Origin: Deltaproteobacteria bacterium
Lineage (GTDB): Bacteria; Myxococcota_A; UBA9042; PHBI01
NCBI GenBank assembly: GCA_020632715.1
Contig: JACKFA010000010.1
Coordinates: forward strand, 15,328-79,327
Direction: 5' to 3'
Length of the DNA: 64,000 nucleotides
Position numbers and translations under genes: made by a program. This document shows positions 31,092 through 38,983 of this stretch, piece by piece. A model generated the notes under the pieces. It was not told where the DNA came from and searched no databases. It saw only the letters and a program-made list of their open reading frames with translations. How positions within the stretch are numbered: the stretch's first letter is position 1; every line of letters begins with the position of its first letter.

Positions 31092-32378
31092 CTACTCGAC
31101 GACCCCGCCGCCGCTCTCGCAGCACGTCCCCGGCGCGCCGATCACCGCGCCCGGCAGCTGATAGGGCTGGCTCGGCACCCCGTCGAGCGAGACCACGACG
31201 CCCTCGTCGGCGAACCCGACCACCACGTCGTCCACGCCCTCGCACGCGCGGCCGACCAGCCGCGGCTCGGGGGCCTCGCCGCGCTTGCACCCCATCTCGA
31301 ACGGGAAGCGCGCCTCGCCCGCCGTGTACTGCGTCGTCACCTCGGCCGACAGGTCGAGCCCGTGCCGCCCACACGCGAGCGAACCCTCCTCGATCACCGT
31401 CGCGCTCCAGCTCACGAACGGGTACCAGTGCTCGCTCGGCGACAACCCCTCCTCCCACGCGCCCATGCTCGCCGTCGCGCGCCCGGAGAGCGTGCAGGTG
31501 GCGCCCGCGAGCGCCGCCACGTCGAGGTCGAGCCCGACCGCGTGGTTCCAGTAGCAGACGTTGGCGTCCGTGTAGCTCTCGCGCCCCTGGTAGCTCGCGT
31601 ACTCGAAGACCAGCGGCCCGCGGGCCCCCGTCTGACCCCCCGCCGCGTTGGGCGAGAGCCACACGGTCCCAGCGTCTCCGCAGTCGAGCTTCAGCGCCGA
31701 CGCGTGCAGCACCGTCGGCTGCCCCGTGCCCGCCGTGCAGGCGAGCCCGATCACGATCGTCGTGTCGCGCACGCCGTCGTGGTGGAGGAGCTCGATCGGC
31801 TCGTTCCGGTCGTTCAGGCAGTCGAGCTTCGCCGAGCAGAAGATGTCCTCGAAGTTCACCGCGACGTCGAAGAAGCCCTGGTTCGCCGGCCGCGCGAGCG
31901 TGATGTCGAAGCTCACGGACGTGTCCGCGTTCGCCTTGCAGTCCGCGTCGCGCCACACCGGCGTCGGGTTCGGCAGCGAGTCGCCCGGGATCGTGACGTC
32001 GTCCTCGTCCACGAGCCAGTCGATGACCACCGTCACCCGGTTCTTCGCGAACGACGCGTCGCACGGCCCGACGTAGCTGATCGCGCCCGCGCCGTCGCCG
32101 TAGACCGACGAGGTGATCTCCTTCGTCCACACCGTCTGCGGGTCACCGCCCTCGACCCCGGGCGTCGTGACCGTCACGGTGTAGTGGACGTCCTTGATGC
32201 CGGCGAGCCGCAGCGGCGCGACACCGATGGCGATCCGCGCCCCCACGACCCCGTCGCGCGGGGCGTCGGCGCCCTCGTCGCAGCCGGGCGCGGCCGCGGC
32301 GAGCGCGAGCACGAGCAGGATGGTCCAGGAGAGCCGCGCGGAGCGCTGGGCTCTCGCGTTCGCGTTCGTCGTCGTCAT
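31092..32378 (-). CDS. Hypothetical lipoprotein (428 aa)
   Basis: Lipobox LLVLALAAAAPGC after the internal ATG of ORF 31092..32471. Cys-containing, beta-rich sequence with GC3-rich codons. Confidence 0.65.
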   Translation of the reverse strand: MTTTNANARAQRSARLSWTILLVLALAAAAPGCDEGADAPRDGVVGARIAIGVAPLRLAGIKDVHYTVTVTTPGVEGGDPQTVWTKEITSSVYGDGAGAISYVGPCDASFAKNRVTVVIDWLVDEDDVTIPGDSLPNPTPVWRDADCKANADTSVSFDITLARPANQGFFDVAVNFEDIFCSAKLDCLNDRNEPIELLHHDGVRDTTIVIGLACTAGTGQPTVLHASALKLDCGDAGTVWLSPNAAGGQTGARGPLVFEYASYQGRESYTDANVCYWNHAVGLDLDVAALAGATCTLSGRATASMGAWEEGLSPSEHWYPFVSWSATVIEEGSLACGRHGLDLSAEVTTQYTAGEARFPFEMGCKRGEAPEPRLVGRACEGVDDVVVGFADEGVVVSLDGVPSQPYQLPGAVIGAPGTCCESGGGVVE

Positions 32379-32449
32379 GGCGGGACCCTCCTCGGGGCCG
32401 GCGGGCGGGTTGGTCTGGCGCTGGGAGGCGGTCGTGGCGGTGCGGCGGC

Positions 32450-33940
32450 TCATTTGTCCTCCATCGGGCACATGAGCGGCTCGGGGACGAGCACCCCGCC
32501 CTCGTTGTTGCAGACCGTCTGCGCCGGGACCGGGTGCCAGCAGCGGATCGACATGGGCGTGGGCGAGTCCCCGCCCTGGTCGACGAGGACCGTGCCGAAG
32601 ACGTAGTCCACGTCCGGATCCTCGGAGGCGAAGTCGACGCGGCCGAGGCTCCCGTCGGCGAGCCGGATCTCGAGCCCGTCGATGAGCCCGTCGAAGCCGT
32701 TCCAGCCGCTGTCCGTGTGCACGCTCAGCATCTCGACGAGCTCACTCCCGTAGCTCGCGATCGCCTCGTTGAGCGTCTGCGCCGTGCCCGAGGCCGGCTT
32801 GAACGTCATCTTCGCGGGCCCGTCGGTCCCCCAGCGATGCCACGCGCCGTCGCCCGCGCCGTGGCTCTGGTAGTCGCTCGTCACGCGCCGGTGGTACCAG
32901 CTCGCCGCGTCACCGCTCCCCGTGGGGCGCGTGTAGAGCTGGAGCCACCAGTCGCGCGTCGCCGGGATCTCCGCGGCCCGGCTCGTCCAGTAGCTGATCG
33001 CCGCGATGTCCCTCACACGAAGCGTCGCCGCCTGCGCCGGGAAGAGCGCCGAGAGGGCGTCGCCGTTCTGCAGGTAGCGCGCGTGCCAGTTGGTCTTCCC
33101 GGCGGCGGGCCCCTGCCAGGCGTCCGGCCCGAAGCCGTCCGGCGCCGCGCCCCACGCGACGCGCGGGTGGCGCTCGTCGGGCACGTCCCACGGGCTCACG
33201 AGGACGGTCCGCGTGCTGGTCGGCGCGCCGGCGAAGTCGACCCGGCCGACGCTCCCGTCCTTCAGCACGATCTCGAGGCCGTCGACGAGGCCGTCGAAGC
33301 CGTTCCAGCCGCTGTCCGTGTGGACGCTGATCATCTCGACGAGGTCGCTGCCGTCGGTCCCGGCCTGCGCGGCGAGCCCGGCGAGGTCCTTCCCGGCGAA
33401 GACCATGCCAGCGTCGGTCGAGTAGCGCACCCACTCGCCGGTGACCGTGTGGGTGCCGTAATCGCTGCGGTAGGTCTTGTGGTACCAGCTCGCGGCGTTG
33501 CCGGTCGCGACCGGCCGCGTGTAGATCTGCACCCACCAGTCGTCGCCGTCGGGCGTCCCCTCCGGGCGCATCGTCCAGTAGCCGATCGACGCGATGTCGC
33601 CGACCTTCAGCGTCGCCGCCTGCGTTGGGAACAGCACGCTCAGCCGGTCGCCGTCGCCCTTCCAGCGCGCGTGCCAGTTCGTCTTGGCCTTCCGCTCCCC
33701 CTCGGGCGCCGCCACCGGCCCCTGCCAGGAGTCGCCCCCGAAGCCGTCCGGCGCGTCCCTCACGACGCGGGGTAGGGCCTCGTCGGGCACGTCCACCGGG
33801 AGGACGACGACCGTCCGGGTCTCGGCGTGGGCCGGTGCCGGCGCGGCGGCCAGGGCGCCGACGCCGAGCGCCGCGGAGACGACGAGCCGCCGGAACCTCC
33901 CGGCGGCGTGGCGAGATGACTGAGGTGCAGCTTTCATCAT
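32450..33940 (-). CDS. Secreted hypothetical protein with two tandem ~190-aa homologous domains
   Basis: SD-like GGGAG upstream of ATGATG at 33940. Signal peptide VVSAALGVGALAAAPAPAHA. The internal duplication shows as ...KTNWHAR...AATL.V.DIA.I.YWT...DWW.Q.YTRP...ASWYH...VEM.SVHTDSGWNGFDGL.DGLEI... occurring twice. Confidence 0.7.
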   Translation of the reverse strand: MMKAAPQSSRHAAGRFRRLVVSAALGVGALAAAPAPAHAETRTVVVLPVDVPDEALPRVVRDAPDGFGGDSWQGPVAAPEGERKAKTNWHARWKGDGDRLSVLFPTQAATLKVGDIASIGYWTMRPEGTPDGDDWWVQIYTRPVATGNAASWYHKTYRSDYGTHTVTGEWVRYSTDAGMVFAGKDLAGLAAQAGTDGSDLVEMISVHTDSGWNGFDGLVDGLEIVLKDGSVGRVDFAGAPTSTRTVLVSPWDVPDERHPRVAWGAAPDGFGPDAWQGPAAGKTNWHARYLQNGDALSALFPAQAATLRVRDIAAISYWTSRAAEIPATRDWWLQLYTRPTGSGDAASWYHRRVTSDYQSHGAGDGAWHRWGTDGPAKMTFKPASGTAQTLNEAIASYGSELVEMLSVHTDSGWNGFDGLIDGLEIRLADGSLGRVDFASEDPDVDYVFGTVLVDQGGDSPTPMSIRCWHPVPAQTVCNNEGGVLVPEPLMCPMEDK

Positions 33941-34286
33941 GATGGCTCCCGCACACACGTCGGCCCCAGGGCGCACGCCACCGCCGCGGTGAACGCGCCC
34001 GCACCTGCGCGCGCCACCGTCGAACGGCCCGTCGAGCGCCGAGCGCACCGCGGCGTCGCCACCCCGGTCGCGTGAGCAGACCAGGGCGGCGGCAGGCGGC
34101 GCGTCAGCGTCGTGCCCGTGGATTCGTCGTGTGGAGTTTGGAAATGACCCGACCCGCCCCCCGCGCGAGGCGACGGCGAATTTCGGAGTCTGGAATATGC
34201 TGTAGGCTAGAGGGCGCTACGGTCGGTGTCAACGCCTAGTCGTAGTCGACTGCCGAATCATCGCGAGGCCGACCGGTCCACCCGCC

Positions 34287-35369
34287 TCAGCGCACGTTCA
34301 CCCGCTTCGTCCGCGCCCGGTACACCTGCGCGAGCACCTGCGCGACCTGCTGGAAGAGGCTCTGCGGGATGGCCTTCCCCACCTTGACCGTCGACCACAG
34401 CGCCCGCGCGAGCGACCGGTTCTCCATGATCGGCACCCCGGCGCGCCGCGCGATCGCGCGGATGTGCACCGCCACCTCGTCGACCCCCTTCGCGACGACC
34501 GTCGGCGCCCGGTCCTTCCCGGGCTCGTACCGGAGCGCCACCGCGTAGTGCGTCGGGTTCGTGATGACGACCGTCGCCTTCGGCACCTCCGCCATCATCC
34601 GGTTCATCGACAGCTCGCGGTGCTTCTGCCGCCGCCGCGCCTTGATCTCCGGCCGCCCGTCCTCCTGCTCGTTCTCCTTCTTGACCTCCTCGCGCGTCAT
34701 CCGCAGCTGCTCGTTCAGCTGCTTCCGCTGCCAGAGGAAGTCGAGGACCGCGAGCACGCCCAGCACCGCGAGCGTCACCACCAGGAGCTTCGAGAGCTGC
34801 GCTCCCGCCACGCTCGCCGCCCCCTCGAGCGTCCCGAGCCCGAGCGCCGAGATCTTCGGCAGCACCTCCGCGAGCACGAGCGTCACCGCGAACGCCGTGA
34901 GCCCGAGCTTCCCGAGCGCGAGCCCGACGCGCACGGCCGCCTTCGTGGGCGAGGCGATGTCCGCGAGGCGCGACATCGGGTTCAGCCGGTTCCACTTGAA
35001 CCCGATGAGCTTCGCCGAGAACATGAGCCGCGTCTGCGCGAAGTACGCGATCAGCGTCGAGACGAGCAGGATCCCCATCAGCGCGAGCGTCGGCCCCGTC
35101 AGCGTGTGCAGGTGCGCCGCCACGACGTCGCCCAGCTCGAGCCGCGCGCCGCCCCCCTCGCCGACGTGGTCGATCGTCCACGCGAGCGCCCCCGCGAGCC
35201 CGCCGAGCAGCGCGTTCCCGGCCATCAGGAACGCGAACATCACCCCGAGCAGCTGTGCCGCGTTCGCGAGGTCCTTCGAGACCGCGACTCGCCCCTCTTC
35301 GCGAAACTCCCGCAGGCGTTTCGCGGTGGGTTCGAAAGTCCTCTCTTCTTTGGGGGTGTCGTCGGCCAT
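34287..35369 (-). CDS. flhB: Flagellar export apparatus protein FlhB
   Basis: N-terminus EERTFEPTAKRLREFREEGRVAVSKDL, four TM segments, and the NPTH autocleavage site (VVITNPTHYAVALRY). Confidence 0.9.
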   Translation of the reverse strand: MADDTPKEERTFEPTAKRLREFREEGRVAVSKDLANAAQLLGVMFAFLMAGNALLGGLAGALAWTIDHVGEGGGARLELGDVVAAHLHTLTGPTLALMGILLVSTLIAYFAQTRLMFSAKLIGFKWNRLNPMSRLADIASPTKAAVRVGLALGKLGLTAFAVTLVLAEVLPKISALGLGTLEGAASVAGAQLSKLLVVTLAVLGVLAVLDFLWQRKQLNEQLRMTREEVKKENEQEDGRPEIKARRRQKHRELSMNRMMAEVPKATVVITNPTHYAVALRYEPGKDRAPTVVAKGVDEVAVHIRAIARRAGVPIMENRSLARALWSTVKVGKAIPQSLFQQVAQVLAQVYRARTKRVNVR

Positions 35370-35375
35370 CGCGCG

Positions 35376-36167
35376 CTACGGCCCCCCGCCCGAGAGCTCG
35401 AGCATGCGCTCCGGGAGCGCGCGCACCTCGTGGTCGACGAACATCATGAGCGTGTCGCCCGCGAGCCCGAGCACCGCGAAGCCGCCCACCATCAGGATCC
35501 CGATGCCGATGCTGAAGATGTTCACCGACGGCACCACGCGCATCACGAAGCCGATCGCGACGTTCAGGAGCAGCGCCACGACCAGCACGGGCGCCGCCAT
35601 CAGCACCGCCGCGTGCACGATGTGCGTGACCGCGCCGCCGAGCGCGTCGAGCGACGGCAGCGAGAGCTCGGCCACCCCGACCGGGAAGAGCTGGAAGTGG
35701 TGGAAGAGGGTCTCGACGACGATCAGGTGCCCGCCGAACGCGAAGAACATGAGCCCGGCGATGAGCGAGAAGAGGCGCCCCGTCGCGAGCGGCGCCTCGC
35801 CGGCGGTCGTGTCGAAGAGGGTCGCGAGCGAGAGGCCCATCGAGAGGCCGACGAGGTCGCCGGCCATCTGCGCGGTGGCGGTCACCATGCGCACGGCCGT
35901 GCCGAGCGCCGCGCCGATGACGACCTCGCGCGCCGCCGCCGTGACGATCGTGAAGGGCGACGTCGGGAGCGGCACCGTCACGAGGCCGAGGGCCGAGTCC
36001 ATCGCGATCGTCAGCGCGAGCGCGAGCACGATCCGGATCCGCCCCGGCACCTGCCCGGTCCCGAAGTCGGGCATCGTCGCGAAGCACGTCCCGAGCCTGA
36101 GCAGCATGAGGATGCCGCCGTAGACCCACGGCGCCACGAGCCCGGACCAGAGGACGAGGTCGTTCAC
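35376..36167 (-). CDS. fliR: Flagellar export gate protein FliR
   Basis: 263-aa polytopic membrane protein with a GTG start, positioned immediately upstream of flhB and typical of FliR in length and hydrophobic pattern. Confidence 0.8.
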   Translation of the reverse strand: MNDLVLWSGLVAPWVYGGILMLLRLGTCFATMPDFGTGQVPGRIRIVLALALTIAMDSALGLVTVPLPTSPFTIVTAAAREVVIGAALGTAVRMVTATAQMAGDLVGLSMGLSLATLFDTTAGEAPLATGRLFSLIAGLMFFAFGGHLIVVETLFHHFQLFPVGVAELSLPSLDALGGAVTHIVHAAVLMAAPVLVVALLLNVAIGFVMRVVPSVNIFSIGIGILMVGGFAVLGLAGDTLMMFVDHEVRALPERMLELSGGGP

Positions 36168-36171
36168 GGGT

Positions 36172-36510
36172 TCAGCGGAGGCTCCGGATCCGCTCCGTCG
36201 CCGAGAGCACGTCCGAGAGGCGCACGCCGAACTTGTCGTTGACGATGACCGCCTCGCCGCGCGCGACGAGGTGGCCGTTCACGCGCACGTCGAGCGGCTC
36301 GCCGGCGATCTTGTCGAGCTCGATGACCGAGCCCTTCGCGAGGCGCAGGAGGTCGTGGATCCGCATCTTCGTGCGCCCGAGCTCGACCGTGACGCGCAGC
36401 GGCACGTCGAGCAGGAACTCGACCGAGCGCGCCGACGCCTCCTTCGGCTGCTTCGGGACGAGGTCGTCGATGAGCCCCGCGAGATCGTCGCCGCGTTCCT
36501 TGTCAGTCAT
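36172..36510 (-). CDS. fliN: Flagellar motor switch protein FliN (SpoA domain)
   Basis: C-terminal LDVPLRVTVELGRTKMRIHDLLRLAKGSVIELDKIAGEPLDVRVNGHLVARGEAVIVNDKFGVRL. Confidence 0.9.
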   Translation of the reverse strand: MTDKERGDDLAGLIDDLVPKQPKEASARSVEFLLDVPLRVTVELGRTKMRIHDLLRLAKGSVIELDKIAGEPLDVRVNGHLVARGEAVIVNDKFGVRLSDVLSATERIRSLR

Positions 36511-37561
36511 CTTCGGTCTCCTCGGGCTGCTCGTACTCGTCGAGCCCGATCATGGCGGTCAGGTCGATGGCCACGTTGCCGCGCTGCACCGTCGGGAAGC
36601 CGCGCAGCTTCGGCTCGTCCTCGATGTAGATCACGACCGGCTCGCTCGGGTCGCTGTCGAGCCGCAGCACCTGCCCCACCTCGAGCCCGAGCAGCTCCGA
36701 GACCTTCATCTCGCAGGAGCCGAGCAGCGCCCGCACGTGCACGGGCACGGGGTACAGGCTCTGGCGCATGAGCTCCATCTCCTGCGTCTCGGCCTTCAGG
36801 TGGTCGGGCGTGGCCGTGCGCGAGAGCTGGTCGCCGAACTGCGAGAGGTGCGAGAGCGGGAGGATGAGGCGCAGGATCCCGGAGACGTCGTTCCACTCGC
36901 ACTTCACCGAGGCGTCGACCATCGCCTCGCCGGGGGAGTAGAGCGCCGCGTGGCGCGGGTCGGTCGCGACGCGCACGACCTGCAGCGAGATCGGCGCGAC
37001 GTCGCTCCAGGCGTTCGAGAGCGCGCGCGAGAAGATGGCCGTCAGGTGGTGGATGACCCCCTGCTCGGTCGGCGTGAAGCCGCGCACGGCGAGGCCGCCG
37101 CGGATGGCGACCATGCCGCCCTGGCCGCCCATCAGGAGGTCGAGGAAGTGGAGCATCAGGTGCGGCTCCATCTCCACGATGATGGAGCAGCCGACGCCCA
37201 CGAGGTTCGCGATGATGAGCGCGGTCGGGACGTTCAGGTTCGCGTAGATCTCGGCGAAGCGCGTGTAGAGCACGGGCTCGGCGGCGAAGTAGCCCTCCTG
37301 GCCGACGGCGCGCCGGAACTCGCTCACGAGGTCGTGCGCGAAGCGCTCGTGGATGAGCTGGAGGCCGGGGAGGTCGTCCGTGCGGCGGCTCGTGCCGGCG
37401 ACGAGGTCGTAGCGCAGCACGATCGGATCGGCGTTCCCGCGCACCTCGGGCCCGTGGATCGACGCGCCGCGCTCGGGCACCCCCATGCGCAACATCTCCG
37501 CGATCGCCTCGGTCTCCTCGGCGGTCAAGCGGGTGTCGTAATCGGATCCGTCGCTGCTCAC
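36503..37561 (-). CDS. fliM: Flagellar motor switch protein FliM (start re-assigned to GTG 37561)
   Basis: FliM middle domain plus C-terminal SpoA-like VHVRALLGSCEMKVSELLGLEVGQVLRLD. N-terminal LTAEETEAIAEML resembles the CheY-P binding peptide. GGAGG lies 10 nt upstream of GTG 37561. The track's ATG at 37600 falls inside a sigma54 promoter. Confidence 0.85.
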   Translation of the reverse strand: MSSDGSDYDTRLTAEETEAIAEMLRMGVPERGASIHGPEVRGNADPIVLRYDLVAGTSRRTDDLPGLQLIHERFAHDLVSEFRRAVGQEGYFAAEPVLYTRFAEIYANLNVPTALIIANLVGVGCSIIVEMEPHLMLHFLDLLMGGQGGMVAIRGGLAVRGFTPTEQGVIHHLTAIFSRALSNAWSDVAPISLQVVRVATDPRHAALYSPGEAMVDASVKCEWNDVSGILRLILPLSHLSQFGDQLSRTATPDHLKAETQEMELMRQSLYPVPVHVRALLGSCEMKVSELLGLEVGQVLRLDSDPSEPVVIYIEDEPKLRGFPTVQRGNVAIDLTAMIGLDEYEQPEETEDD

Positions 37562-37589
37562 GTTCTCGGCGCCTCCTCGTGGCGTCCCG

Positions 37590-37604
37590 GCAACTTCCAT
37601 GCCA
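37590..37604 (-). promoter_or_regulatory. Sigma54 -24/-12 promoter TGGCATGGAAGTTGC for fliM-fliN-fliR-flhB
   Basis: The reverse complement of 37590-37604 matches TGGCACG-N4-TTGC at 14 of 15 defined positions with the correct GG-N10-GC spacing. It is followed by GGAGG and GTG 37561. Confidence 0.75.
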
Positions 37605-37667
37605 GCGCGGCTCGGGCCGCCCGGTCAAGATCGCGGCCCGCCCGGCCTCCGGCGCGTCGGGTCGGGA

Positions 37668-38723
37668 TCAGGCGTCGCCGCCGAGCGACGCCGCCTCGTA
37701 GGCCTCCTCCGTGAAGTCGCCGGTGATCGGCCGCCGCCGCAGCTTCTCGACGAGGGTCGTGCGGTTCAGGCCGAGGAGGTTCGCGGCGCGCGAGCGGTTG
37801 CCGTTCGCGCGGCACAGGGCCTCGCGGATGAGGTCGCGCTCGAGGCGATCGAGGGTGTCCTTCAGGACGAGGCCGCTCTCGGGCAGCTCGATGACGGGCG
37901 GGCCGCTCGCGGCGCCGGCGCGCGCGGGCGGGACGGCGCCGCGCTGCGAGAGCTTCCAGCGCACGTCGTCGCGGTCGATGAAGCCCTCCTCGCGGAGGAC
38001 GAGCACGCTCTGCACGACGTTCTCGAGCTCGCGGACGTTGCCGGGCCAGGTGTAGCGCTCGAGCTCGGCCATCGCCTCGTCGGTGAAGCCGTCGGCGTCG
38101 GAGTGGTTGGGGCCCGCGTGGAGCGCGAGGAAGTGGCGTGCGAGGGGCGCGATGTCCATCGGGCGGTCGCGCAGCGCCGGGAGCTCGATGCGGATGACGT
38201 CGAGGCGGAAGAAGAGGTCCTCGCGGAAGCGGCCGGCCTCGACGGCGGCGGGGAGATCGACGTTCGTCGCGGCGATGACGCGGAAGTTGGCGCGCTTCGG
38301 CTGCGAGCCGCCGAGCGGGGTGAAGGTCTTCTCCTGGAGGACGCGCAGGAGCTTCGGCTGGAGCTCGATCGGGAGCTCGCCGATCTCGTCGAGGAAGAGG
38401 GTGCCGCCGTCGGCGGCCTCGAGGCGGCCGACGCGGGTGCGGTCGGCGCCGGTGAAGGCGCCGCGGACGTGGCCGAAGAGCTCGCTCTCGAGGAGGTTCG
38501 CGGGGATGGCGCCGCAGTTGATGGCGACGAGGGGCCCGTCCGACCAGGGGCCGAGCGCGTGGATCCGGTGGACCACGTTCTCCTTGCCGGTGCCGCTCTC
38601 GCCGACGATGAGCGCCGGGACCGGGCTCCGGGCGACGCGCTCGAGGGAGCGCAGCACGGCCTGGAGCGGCGAGTCGGGGGCGCACACGATGTCGCGCAGC
38701 GGCGCGTCGAGTGGATGCGTCAT
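37668..38723 (-). CDS. Sigma54-dependent transcriptional activator (AAA+ plus Fis-type HTH), no N-terminal receiver or sensory domain
   Basis: Walker A GESGTGKE, GAFTGA loop ELFGHVRGAFTGA, Walker B LFLDEIGE, WPGNVRELEN, and C-terminal HTH NRSRAANLLGLNRTTLVEKL. The AAA+ core begins around residue 15. Confidence 0.9.
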   Translation of the reverse strand: MTHPLDAPLRDIVCAPDSPLQAVLRSLERVARSPVPALIVGESGTGKENVVHRIHALGPWSDGPLVAINCGAIPANLLESELFGHVRGAFTGADRTRVGRLEAADGGTLFLDEIGELPIELQPKLLRVLQEKTFTPLGGSQPKRANFRVIAATNVDLPAAVEAGRFREDLFFRLDVIRIELPALRDRPMDIAPLARHFLALHAGPNHSDADGFTDEAMAELERYTWPGNVRELENVVQSVLVLREEGFIDRDDVRWKLSQRGAVPPARAGAASGPPVIELPESGLVLKDTLDRLERDLIREALCRANGNRSRAANLLGLNRTTLVEKLRRRPITGDFTEEAYEAASLGGDA

Positions 38724-38875
38724 GGGGCGTCCGTCACGGGGGTCGAAGGGCCGCCGATCCGCATGGGCGGGGCGACAGCGATCGCTCGCATCGTTTCCGC
38801 GATCAGCCGCACCGTCAAAAATCGAGATCGGGTGTCAGGAAACCGGCACCCCGGGGCCGACTCGCGATCGTCAAC

Positions 38876-38928
38876 GCGCTGACGCCGGCTTCCCAGGCTC
38901 GTCAGCGCGTTGACGATCCGCGGGATAC
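38876..38928. promoter_or_regulatory. Perfect 19-bp inverted repeat GATCGTCAACGCGCTGACG-N15-CGTCAGCGCGTTGACGATC between the two divergent activator genes
   Basis: Read directly from the sequence. Both flanking genes diverge from it, so it is not a terminator. It lies 75-130 nt upstream of the sigma54-like element at 39003. Confidence 0.6.
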
Positions 38929-38983
38929 AAAAAGGCGATTACAGAACTTAACAAACCCTCAAGCCCTCACGTCGGCGCGCCGA

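Noticed and set aside
34287-37561. FlhB, FliR, FliN and FliM interpreted as a non-flagellar type III secretion (injectisome) module
   Set aside because: The adjacent operon encodes rod (FlgB/C), FliE, hook (FlgE), hook cap (FlgD), FliG and an MS-ring FliF. These are flagellum-specific. No secretin, needle or translocon genes are seen.
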